Part shown: positions 16,998-25,293 of the stretch, one piece after another
Layout: every line of letters starts with the position of its first letter
Numbering within the stretch: position 1 is the stretch's first letter
Assembly (NCBI GenBank): GCA_900544555.1
Contig: UQWD01000002.1
Location: 63,471 to 127,470 of the forward strand
DNA from: an uncultured Eubacteriales bacterium
Lineage (GTDB): Bacteria > Bacillota > Clostridia > Christensenellales > CAG-138
DNA length: 64,000 nt
Direction: 5' to 3'
Made by a program: the position numbers and the translations under genes
The notes under the pieces: model-generated
What the model was told of the DNA's origin: nothing
What the model saw: only the letters and a program-made list of their open reading frames with translations
Database searches by the model: none

Positions 16998-17924
16998 ACC
17001 CTCCTATACATCACAATATGTACAGGAGCGCCGGATGTGCGGGGCGAGAACACAAAAGAGACTAAAAGAGCAAAAAACGAGCCTATCAGCTTTTAATACG
17101 CCAAGCCATACTAAGCTTGGCCAGGTTCAAATCAATTGACTGGGAAAGGCTGCTTACTCGGCTGCTAAGGAGTTCACATAGCTACATGTAAATCTATGGA
17201 TTATCGGCAGCTCTCAAGCACCATATAAACGAAAAACAAATGAAAGGATGAACGCCCCATATGTCCAAACGGCTATAAGCGGGAAACTACGTAATGCTAG
17301 CAACGCCATTTAAACGCAGATATTACCTATATGCAATGCAAAAGCTGGCTAAGTTCTATCATCCAGTATTTAAATCTGCTTGAAAGACGATCGCCGCATA
17401 CCACACCTCCTAAAACATAATTGGAATCAATATGCCATACTCTTTATAAGCCCTGTTTTCGCCATGGATGCTCAGTGGGTCAGACTAAGGCGTACATTAC
17501 GAGCAATGACTAAACATATTTATAATGGGCAACTCAACATGTCGGTGAAAATTACGATTCAGGATAATACGATCAAATTATGCAAAAGTACCGAAAGCAA
17601 CCTCGCTTTGGCATGGAATAAATGTTTTTCCTTTTGTATTTATCATATTTAAGGTGTTTAAAACGATGTGAAGCGCCTCCTTTATAGGTATGTGGTTATG
17701 GCGCAATGATTCGTCAGACATAAAGCGTTTTAATTCTATCGGGCTAATGCCTTATTGCCAAAAATACTACGTTAATAAGGAATGCGCATAGCCGTAGTAT
17801 ATATGATATTTATTGTGTTGCCTGTTCGTCGCCTAATCTAGCACTATAGCTCACGTCACGCAGATATCGGCAACTTTGCCTTATTAGCCCAGCGCTTCTA
17901 TAACGAAACATACGGATGAGTATC

Positions 17925-18611
17925 TCAGCCCTGTTCAAACCCGATCAGTTCAAGAAACTCCCCGCGCATCCGGCGGTAAGCTTCAAATTCCTCCTGCGAA
18001 ACGGCGACGCAATCGTGCTCAAGCGTATCCGCATACCGCAGGGTATTTCGACGGTCATCCTCCAGAATAAGGGGTTTTTCTTGAAGCGAAACGGGGAAAG
18101 GGCCGTAATAGGGGTCGGTAAGAAGATACATCCGCTTATCCTCCTCGCTGTAGCGGTATTCTTCGGGCCGCTCAAAGAACCTGAGGGGCAAAATATAGCT
18201 GTTACCCGCGGCCATCAGATTGGACAGGCCATAAAAGTTAAAATCATACCCGACTTCGTTCGTCCCGCTTACGGTAATAGGCTCAAATATAAGAAGCGTA
18301 TCGCCCCGTTTGACCGAATCCCCTTTATACACCTGTTCTACCGTCACTTCGGAAAGGATATCGTCGTTCGTAAACGTGCGGACGCCCGTCGCCCGAACGG
18401 ATACGACGGCCTCAGAAGCATCCAATAGCTCTTGCGCGCTTTGGGAAGTCGCCTCGTAAAGGCGAATAGTACTCATACCAAACTCATAGCTTAGGATACT
18501 GCCGTTGCTAAAATCAAAAACCGGGATATTCGCGCGGAAAAAAGCGGCGAACGCGAACCCGCCCACAACAAGCGCGGCAAGAGCCGCAATATACCATCTG
18601 CGTTCTCTCAT
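17925..18611 (-). CDS. Membrane-anchored extracytoplasmic protein (last gene of ABC operon)
   Basis: ORF 17925..18674. I prefer ATG 18611 (MRERRWYIAALAALVVGGFAFAAFF), which forms an ATGA overlap with the ATPase stop. Confidence 0.65.
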   Translation of the reverse strand: MRERRWYIAALAALVVGGFAFAAFFRANIPVFDFSNGSILSYEFGMSTIRLYEATSQSAQELLDASEAVVSVRATGVRTFTNDDILSEVTVEQVYKGDSVKRGDTLLIFEPITVSGTNEVGYDFNFYGLSNLMAAGNSYILPLRFFERPEEYRYSEEDKRMYLLTDPYYGPFPVSLQEKPLILEDDRRNTLRYADTLEHDCVAVSQEEFEAYRRMRGEFLELIGFEQG

Positions 18612-19267
18612 CCCAGCGCACCTTCTTCCGCCTCGGCGCACTGCCCGTCGCGCATCAAAAACACCCGGTCGCACAGCAAACGTATATCCTCCTTTTGATG
18701 CGTTGCTATCAGGCAGGCTGCGCCCCGGGCCTTCTCCTCCAGCATCAGCTCCCGAAACGCCAGTACGCTCTCCTCGTCCATGCCGTTGGTAGGCTCGTCC
18801 AGTATCAGGATTTTTGGGCGCTCCATAATGGCCTGCGCGAGCGCGAGCTTCTGCTTCATACCCATCGAATATGCGCCGTACCTGCGCTTATCGTCTGGAT
18901 CAAGCCCCACCCTTTTCATGGCCCCCCGCTGCGCCTCCTTATCCGCGACGCCCCGGATATCCGCCAGCAGGCTCAGGTTTTCCATGCCTGTGAGGTGGTT
19001 CCACAGGCCGATATTCTCGATAATCAGGCCCATGCTCTCCGGAAAGGATTTATCCTTGGTAATGGTTTTGCCAAGCACCGTCACGCTTCCGCTATCCGGC
19101 ACGATAAGCCCGGCCACAGCCCGGAACAGCATGGTTTTCCCGGATGCGTTGCGCCCGTAAAATCCATGTATAAGCCCCTCCTCAAGGGTTAAGTTAATAT
19201 CCTTTAGCACCTGCCTGCGCTTAAGCGTTTTGTTTACATGCTCCATTACAACCGCAGCCATATCCAA
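18608..19267 (-). CDS. ABC transporter ATP-binding protein
   Basis: Walker A GRNASGKT, signature YSMGMKQKLALA, Walker B ILILDEP. Confidence 0.92.
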   Translation of the reverse strand: MDMAAVVMEHVNKTLKRRQVLKDINLTLEEGLIHGFYGRNASGKTMLFRAVAGLIVPDSGSVTVLGKTITKDKSFPESMGLIIENIGLWNHLTGMENLSLLADIRGVADKEAQRGAMKRVGLDPDDKRRYGAYSMGMKQKLALAQAIMERPKILILDEPTNGMDEESVLAFRELMLEEKARGAACLIATHQKEDIRLLCDRVFLMRDGQCAEAEEGALG

Positions 19268-19272
19268 CCTCC

Positions 19273-20757
19273 CTATAGCGTATAATCGCCGTTATCGGCC
19301 AGGCGAACGCCCACGGCCGCGACAACGGATATAAACAATATCTGATAAACAGCCGTGAATGGGATTGTGAACCCATCCAAGGCGTATTCAAAGAATTCGG
19401 GTGCGGCAAAGGCCAGCGCCGGTATATCGTGAAGAGAGCCCAACGCCTGCGCGGAAGGGTAGAGCTTTATAAGCCATCCGCCGCACGCCCCGCCTAATAT
19501 AATAAACAGCGGCTGAGCCAGCATATACGCCAGCAGCGTTATTAAAAACGCAGCGTTTTGCTTCATTCTCAGGCAAAGCGCGTTCGCCAGCGTCACAAAC
19601 CCGGCCCCGCTCAGCCCCGCCGTAAGCAGCAGCGCCCCGCACGCCGCGAGCAGCGTTTTTACCCCGGCGGCGCTTACGCCGAAAAGCAGCGGAACCGCCG
19701 CGGCAGCCAGAACCGCGGCCGCGTAAAAGAGCAGCGCGCAAAGGAACCCCGCCAAAAGCTTATGCGCCATCCAGCGTTTGCGGCTGAAAGAGCGTGTGAA
19801 AATCAGCGCGGCGGCCCTGTCTAAGTCCCTGCCGACAATGCCGGAAAAGAACATCAGCTGCCCCAGTATGGGCAGAGCAAAGAGGATAAGGCCGATTATC
19901 GAGATTTCCTCGCCCGCCAGTCCGCCCAAAGCGATAAGCACAACCTGCTCCACATTCTCCGCGCCCGCGTTGAGCGCGAAAAGCGCGGCCACAGCCCCAA
20001 ACGGCGCCCCCCATAGGCAAAGCCGATAATACGGCGCGTCCATCTTCATAAATGAAAGCGTTCGGCGGCCGCCCCTTTTGCCTGGGGCGGAGGCGGGCTG
20101 CGGGAACAGCGCCCCGCCTAACGCCAAGAGTATCAGCGCCCTCAACGCCATTTCTCCTACGGCGGGCAGCGCCTCCTTCGCGCCGCTTACCAAAAACACC
20201 CTAAACAGCGGGTAATAAAACAGATTCAACTGGAACTGAAAAAAACCGCTTGCGGACAGCCAGTCCAGCGTCAATATACAAAGCGCGGCGACCGGAGCCG
20301 CCAGACTGAGCCCCCATTTCATCCGCGCGGCGGTAACGGCGAGGCCGAGCTGAAAAAAACCCAAAAGCAGGTTCAGGCTTACGATAAGCGCGTGAGAAAA
20401 CGAATATTCCCCGCCGGACAGCGCGCACGCCAGAAACAGGAGCGCCGCCAGCGGAAGGAAGAACAGCGTGGTATCCACGCATAGGAATCGAACGCGCGCC
20501 CAGTAAGCGTGGGCCGGGCCGCCATACCGTACATAGCTGTAAACATTGCGCACATAGGTATCATGGCGCGTCGTGAAGAACAGGAAAACCGGGAACAGTA
20601 TGAACTGAAACCCCTGAAGATGGCCCAACCCCTCCCATAGCGAACCCGTATCCGCCGCGTACAGCACGGAGATAAGCGCGTAAACGCCGTATACGGCGGC
20701 CAGCCACGCCGCTTCAGATAGCCGGTACCGCGCCCTTAAGCCGCTCAGCCGCCTCAT
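19273..20757 (-). CDS. Large polytopic membrane protein (putative fused ABC-2-type permease)
   Basis: 494 aa, hydrophobic throughout with many predicted TM segments. 4-nt overlap with the upstream gene. Confidence 0.7.
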   Translation of the reverse strand: MRRLSGLRARYRLSEAAWLAAVYGVYALISVLYAADTGSLWEGLGHLQGFQFILFPVFLFFTTRHDTYVRNVYSYVRYGGPAHAYWARVRFLCVDTTLFFLPLAALLFLACALSGGEYSFSHALIVSLNLLLGFFQLGLAVTAARMKWGLSLAAPVAALCILTLDWLSASGFFQFQLNLFYYPLFRVFLVSGAKEALPAVGEMALRALILLALGGALFPQPASAPGKRGGRRTLSFMKMDAPYYRLCLWGAPFGAVAALFALNAGAENVEQVVLIALGGLAGEEISIIGLILFALPILGQLMFFSGIVGRDLDRAAALIFTRSFSRKRWMAHKLLAGFLCALLFYAAAVLAAAAVPLLFGVSAAGVKTLLAACGALLLTAGLSGAGFVTLANALCLRMKQNAAFLITLLAYMLAQPLFIILGGACGGWLIKLYPSAQALGSLHDIPALAFAAPEFFEYALDGFTIPFTAVYQILFISVVAAVGVRLADNGDYTL

Positions 20758-21587
20758 AGCAGAAAATCCCTGCCCTTTTTCACCTTATAAAGCACGGCCC
20801 CAAGGCCGATGGCCAAAAGCGCGCCCACAAACGCAAGGTACGGATAAATGCTGCGCGTGCTAGGCATAGTGACAGTTTGCAGGTAATCGTATACGACAAG
20901 CCAATCATACCCGGAGGAATTGAGCAGCAGGCAGGCCGCAAAGGTCGCCACGGTGGGCCCAGCCAACGCGATAAAGGCGTTTTTACGGTAAAAGAGCGTC
21001 ACGGCATAGGCGCAAAGCCCCAGCGCCATGCCTAAAAGCCCCGCCAGCCCCGTATGGGCGAGCGCGTCGAGCATGGGGCTGTTGAAATACAGGCCCGGGA
21101 AAAGCGCGTAAGCCGAATCGTAGGCGAAACTGACCGTATAATAAACGCTTCCATCAGGCAAAAGGGCATGACGGGGAAGCGCGGCAAGGCATAACGCCTG
21201 ATTGAATAAAAAGGGCAGCATGGCGATTACGGCCGAAAACAGCATCACCGCAGCGGCCTTGCTCCAGTAATACCGGGCGACGCCCGCCTTAGCTACGAGC
21301 AGGGCGGCGGAGCGGTTTTTACATTCCCGCAGATACGTATCGGCGCAAGGCAGCGCCGCCGCGAGCGGTACGTAAAGCAAAATCGCAAACTTACCAAAAC
21401 CGGAGCCGCCTCTGTTCATGGCCGCCTCAGCCGGCGAAAGAATGGTGCGCGCGTCCTCAATCCACGGTTTATTGAACAGCACCTCCGCCAACGCTGCTAC
21501 GGCGATGGCCGCGCCCGCAATCAGCACAAGCCATGTAATCCGCCTCGACGTCAGCTTTTTAAGTTCATATTGAAACAGTTTAAGCAC
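20754..21587 (-). CDS. ABC-2-type permease-like membrane protein
   Basis: ORF 20754..21611 (TTG). I prefer GTG 21587 (GGAGG 7 nt upstream), giving (M)LKLFQYELKKL..., a typical ABC-2 permease N-terminus. Confidence 0.7.
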   Translation of the reverse strand: MLKLFQYELKKLTSRRITWLVLIAGAAIAVAALAEVLFNKPWIEDARTILSPAEAAMNRGGSGFGKFAILLYVPLAAALPCADTYLRECKNRSAALLVAKAGVARYYWSKAAAVMLFSAVIAMLPFLFNQALCLAALPRHALLPDGSVYYTVSFAYDSAYALFPGLYFNSPMLDALAHTGLAGLLGMALGLCAYAVTLFYRKNAFIALAGPTVATFAACLLLNSSGYDWLVVYDYLQTVTMPSTRSIYPYLAFVGALLAIGLGAVLYKVKKGRDFLL

Positions 21588-21628
21588 AGCGCAACCTCCA
21601 GCAACCGACAAGTACGTTGGGCAGCGTT

Positions 21629-22024
21629 TTATCTGAAATCGATTTCACCAACAACCCTTTCCCCTCCAAATATAGAAACAGCTTGGCTGCGCAGCCGTAC
21701 AGGTGTACCGTCTCTCGGAATCGCCTCTTGATATAACATAAGGATTGATTTGTTTGAGTAAGCCGTGTAATTACTAGTCATAGGCAGCCAGGTCTTTGAA
21801 ATATAAGCATCTATCCAGCAGATAAACTTCACATCGCAGTTGCCCGGGGAATTTATCGCATGGGACGTATCTGATTTTTTAGTGCTTTGAACCAGCGTAA
21901 TATGCGCGCCAAATCCCGGCAGCCTTTTATCATAATTTACATAGTCGTCTTTCGCCGCCGAAGCTCCGGCAATCAATACGCAAAACGCCCCCAGCGCAAC
22001 CGCTAAATATAAAAACCTTTTCAT
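21629..22024 (-). CDS. Small secreted protein (131 aa), first gene of ABC operon
   Basis: AAGGAGG RBS. Signal peptide MKRFLYLAVALGAFCVLIAGASA/AKDD. Two Cys in the mature part (GNCDVKFIC). Confidence 0.7.
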   Translation of the reverse strand: MKRFLYLAVALGAFCVLIAGASAAKDDYVNYDKRLPGFGAHITLVQSTKKSDTSHAINSPGNCDVKFICWIDAYISKTWLPMTSNYTAYSNKSILMLYQEAIPRDGTPVRLRSQAVSIFGGERVVGEIDFR

Positions 22025-22112
22025 AGCGAAACCTCCTTATTTTTTGATGTGCGTTCATTCCTCATAGCTGTTACTCATACTTGCTCAGACAATATATCTT
22101 TGTCATATTTAT

Positions 22113-22141
22113 ATTATACAGTGCCGGTATATCCTTGTCAA
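22113..22141 (-). promoter_or_regulatory. Consensus sigma-A promoter (TTGACA-17-TATAAT) of the 22024 operon
   Basis: The minus strand reads TTGACAAGGATATACCGGCACTGTATAAT. Spacer counted as 17 nt. It sits about 85 nt upstream of ATG 22024. Confidence 0.75.
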
Positions 22142-22269
22142 CCAAATTTTACTAAACGCTTTTTCTGGCGCGTGTCACCAGGGGTTCGGTATTTTTTAAC
22201 TCTCATTCTATAGCACATTTATAGCCCATCAAGCCGCCGTGGCGGCCGCGGCTTTGCATGATGATGCAA

Positions 22270-22298
22270 TTGCTATTTACGGCTCCCTCTGATATAAT
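22270..22298 (+). promoter_or_regulatory. Sigma-A type promoter (TTGCTA-17-TATAAT) for the ComB-like gene
   Basis: TTGCTATTTACGGCTCCCTCTGATATAAT, about 58 nt upstream of ATG 22356. Confidence 0.6.
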
Positions 22299-22355
22299 CA
22301 GAGAATCATATTAATTGTTAGACGGCCGCTGAATATGCGGTGCGATGGAGGGAAC

Positions 22356-23063
22356 ATGCGCGTAGACGTAATATACACTTTTGGCCGCTTGCTGGATAAC
22401 CAGATAAGCAACCACACTGTTATTGTGGTAGACGCGCTGCGCGCGACAAGCTGCATCGTCTGGGCCGTAAAAAACGGGGCGGCCAAAGTAATACCGACGC
22501 AGGATCCGGGAGACGCGGTGGCTGTGGCGGGAAGACTCGGCATACAGGACTGCGTGCTGGCGGGCGAACGCGGCGGGCTCCCCATACCCGGTTTTAACAT
22601 TGGCAACTCCCCTCATGAATTCGGCCCTGAAACGGTGCGGAACAAAACCGTTATCATCAGCACCACCAACGGCACGGCGGCCCTTTACGGCGCGCGCAAC
22701 GCGAAAAAGGCGCTGGTGGGCGCGATGATCAACCGTACCGCCGCAGGCGTGCGCGCCGCGGAGGAGGGTAATGATATCATCGTGCTTTGCGCGGGTACCG
22801 CCGGGCAGGTTTCCGCGGAAGATATCGTTGCCGCCGGCGCGATTGCCGAAGCTGTATGTGCGCATTCCCAAGCAGAGCTGACCGACGCGGCGATAATCAG
22901 CATGGCGACGTTTCAGAATTACCTGGACGGCCGGCTGGACATGGCGCTTACCGGCCATTACCGGGCGCTCACGGCGCTGGGTTTTGAAAAAGACGTTGAG
23001 TTCTGTCTGACGCAGGATTTGACCGATGTGGTACCTTGCTATGATAACGGGGTTATACGATAA
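22356..23063 (+). CDS. comB: 2-phosphosulfolactate phosphatase (ComB) family protein
   Basis: ORF 22335..23063. ATG 22356 is preferred (GGAGGG RBS). Blocks VVDALRATS, LAGERGG..IPGFNIGNSP and ISTTNGT typical of the ComB family. Confidence 0.75.
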   Translation: MRVDVIYTFGRLLDNQISNHTVIVVDALRATSCIVWAVKNGAAKVIPTQDPGDAVAVAGRLGIQDCVLAGERGGLPIPGFNIGNSPHEFGPETVRNKTVIISTTNGTAALYGARNAKKALVGAMINRTAAGVRAAEEGNDIIVLCAGTAGQVSAEDIVAAGAIAEAVCAHSQAELTDAAIISMATFQNYLDGRLDMALTGHYRALTALGFEKDVEFCLTQDLTDVVPCYDNGVIR

Positions 23064-23394
23064 GGGAACGCTAAATGCGCGTTAGGCGCTGCGCGTCAAG
23101 CCGCCTGACTCTTACATTACGTCCGCCTGGTCTTGCGGCAATCATATCATAACCAAAAGAACATACCCGGGCCGTACTATCCATGATGGTGCGCATCAAC
23201 GTCTTTTTCATCGCGCGCCACAATACTGATGGGTTTTTCATAGCGGCATGCTTTTCAAATATGGATATCGGTATTCTTCTGCCGGCGAACCCAAACCGGT
23301 TCAGGTCCGCGACTTCAAGTTTATACGCGGCCGAACGGAGAATGAGCGCCGTGTGATGAAAGTAAAGCAGGATTTTAAGTTCTGCGCGGCAGGT

Positions 23395-23425
23395 TGAAAA
23401 AAGCGGCTGCGCCGCTATTTTGAGT
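23395..23425. terminator. Bidirectional rho-independent terminator
   Basis: AAAAAAGCGGC-TGC-GCCGCTATTTTGAGTTT. The stem AGCGGC/GCCGCT is flanked by an A-run and a T-run. Confidence 0.6.
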
Positions 23426-23823
23426 TTACGTGGGGCGCTTGCGCCGTTGCGCGTATCGCCGCGCTATTTAAAAAAAGCCTTACGGCAGAACGCTTACCGT
23501 TTTCGGGGCATATGTAGCCGCGCCTGTATATGAAAGTATTCTTGCTAGTACTCATAAATGAATCGAATTTTGCAAGGGTTGGCAGAAGTATATCTCCCCT
23601 GGACGATATTTAAACCCAAAGGCTAATAAACTATAGTTAAAAAGATTCGCTTCCGCGTTTTTATAGCTATGACCAAGCGGCATCCTTCTCAACCCAAAGA
23701 TAGGGTCAACCGGCGATATTACAGACAAAGTAGTGTAAATTTGTTCCAATATAAAACGGACAGTGAATTACTCATTACCATCCGGCAGGTAAAAAACATA
23801 ATAAAAATAAACTAATTGTTTAT

Positions 23824-24549
23824 TTATGCAGCCTTATTCTGATACGCGCCCGCGCTGCCCATCCAAACCATCAACACGCAGCCCGCCTGGCTGTCAATGG
23901 CGATAACCGCCGTATCCGAACGCACAGCCTTTACAAGCGCCCCGGAAATGATCCACGCGCCGGCCTCTTCGTTATATTTTACGAATACGGTATTATCGAT
24001 CCACTTTTGCCCGGCTACGTCGCTGACCACCTTAGCCGCGGCCGTCTTCGCCTCGCCTTCATCCGCAATCCGCCCGAATTCCCCCGTATACTTGAGCACG
24101 CTCTCACCCTCAAGCTGCTGCCTGCTCATCTTCAAGAAATCCTTCGGCTCAACACAATTAAGCCCCGGGCTGCCTTTAGGATCCGTATTTTTAAATGGCT
24201 TTTCGCCTTCCTCTATACCTATGCCGCCGGGGGTCGCTTCCGGCGCGTTGGTGTTGACAGCGCGCGGGTCGGTTGTTTTGCCGTCATAACCATATGCGGA
24301 TGGATTTGCCGAACTATCGGGCGGGGATTGGCGTAAAAACAGCGTTCCCGCTCCGACAAGTATAACCAGCACGGCCGCCGCGCTCAACATGCGCACCGCC
24401 GCGTCCTGCCTGCGCCGCCTAACGTCCCGCCGCTTTTGAAGCACGGCGCGCTTGATAAGGGCGTACGGTACGGCTGCGTCCGCCTCATCCGCAATGGAGC
24501 TGAGCAGATTATCCAGTTCATCATATGTCTGTTTTATCATCGTAGCCAC
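23824..24549 (-). CDS. Anti-sigma factor-like single-pass membrane protein
   Basis: Overlaps the end of the ECF sigma gene. Cytoplasmic N-domain, RR-rich stop-transfer plus TM (AVRMLSAAAVLVILVGAGTLFL), then an extracellular domain. Confidence 0.65.
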   Translation of the reverse strand: MATMIKQTYDELDNLLSSIADEADAAVPYALIKRAVLQKRRDVRRRRQDAAVRMLSAAAVLVILVGAGTLFLRQSPPDSSANPSAYGYDGKTTDPRAVNTNAPEATPGGIGIEEGEKPFKNTDPKGSPGLNCVEPKDFLKMSRQQLEGESVLKYTGEFGRIADEGEAKTAAAKVVSDVAGQKWIDNTVFVKYNEEAGAWIISGALVKAVRSDTAVIAIDSQAGCVLMVWMGSAGAYQNKAA

Positions 24550-25048
24550 GACCTTTCAATATACGGGCAAGCTGGTTTTTCGCTCTAAGCATCCGGGACT
24601 TTACCGTGCCAACGCTCACGTTCATTGCCGACGCTATTTCCTCGTAACTTAATTGGGAAAAGTAATGAAGCAGCACGGTTTGCCGGTATATATCCGGCAT
24701 CTCGTCAATGGCCTGCCTGAGCGCTTCCTTCCGTTCCGTATCGTCATAAGCGGATTCCGGCTGGTCGCTCCGGCTGCATAGCGCCGTGTCGGACGGCGCG
24801 TCCGTAAGAACCTCACGCTTATTCCTGCGCAAAACATCTACCGCAGCGTTAACGCTGACGCGGTATAGCCAGTTTTTAATCTGGCCGTCGTTCATGGAGG
24901 AGAGCTGTTTCATATGCCGGTAAGCCTTCAAAAACACCTCCTGCGATAAATCCATCGCGGCGGCAGGGTTCTTTATTACGCTGTATGCGGCCCAGTAAAC
25001 CATACGGCTGTAACCCGCATAGATTGAATCGAAGTCCCGGCCGGTCAT
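24521..25048 (-). CDS. ECF-family RNA polymerase sigma-70 factor
   Basis: 175 aa. Region 2 (VYWAAYSVIKNPAAAMDLSQEVFLKAY) and region 4 HTH (LSYEEIASAMNVSVGTVKSRMLRAKNQL). Confidence 0.9.
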   Translation of the reverse strand: MTGRDFDSIYAGYSRMVYWAAYSVIKNPAAAMDLSQEVFLKAYRHMKQLSSMNDGQIKNWLYRVSVNAAVDVLRRNKREVLTDAPSDTALCSRSDQPESAYDDTERKEALRQAIDEMPDIYRQTVLLHYFSQLSYEEIASAMNVSVGTVKSRMLRAKNQLARILKGRGYDDKTDI

Positions 25049-25106
25049 AGAAAGCCCTCCGTAGCTTCATAATAATATACGGCTAAAAAGGGAAAAAGGT
25101 TGCAAA

Positions 25107-25133
25107 GACGGCTTATATCATACCCGTGTTCCC
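25107..25133 (-). promoter_or_regulatory. ECF-type (auto-regulatory) promoter GGGAAC-N17-CGTC
   Basis: The minus strand reads TGGGAACACGGGTATGATATAAGCCGTCTT, about 55 nt upstream of the sigma gene start. Confidence 0.5.
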
Positions 25134-25238
25134 ATAAATCGCCGTTCCTAAATGAAGCGGCCTTCGGCGCCCCATCACAAAAAACACTTCATTATATAGA
25201 GAAATTATATCATACGCGCTGCGTTAGAGGCAAACTCG

Positions 25239-25267
25239 TTGACGCTCATTGAAAAAAACAGTATGAT
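25239..25267 (+). promoter_or_regulatory. Sigma-A type promoter (TTGACG-17-TATGAT)
   Basis: TTGACGCTCATTGAAAAAAACAGTATGAT, 27 nt before ATG 25294 (GGAAAGGAG RBS in between). Confidence 0.5.
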
Positions 25268-25293
25268 GAAGTGTATGTGGAAAGGAGTATACT

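Noticed and set aside
17100-17140. tRNA-like signal: GGTTCAAATC T-loop-like string next to a 7-bp hairpin (GCCAAGC/GCTTGGC).
   Set aside because: No acceptor stem, D-arm or correctly spaced anticodon arm. The T-stem partners are absent.
19388-20029. Several Arg/Gly-rich 80-120-aa ORFs on both strands.
   Set aside because: They are alternative frames of the 494-aa membrane-protein gene. Their composition is a GC-rich out-of-frame artefact.
23100-23350. Minus-strand frame ...SAAYKLEVADLNRFGFAGRRIPISIFEKHAAMKNPSVLWRAMKKTLMRTIMDSTARVCSFGYDMIAARPGG..., which looks like a gene fragment.
   Set aside because: It is open only from an internal Met (about 55 aa), with no RBS. It lies beyond a strong terminator. 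It is probably a pseudogene remnant, and I could not assign a family.
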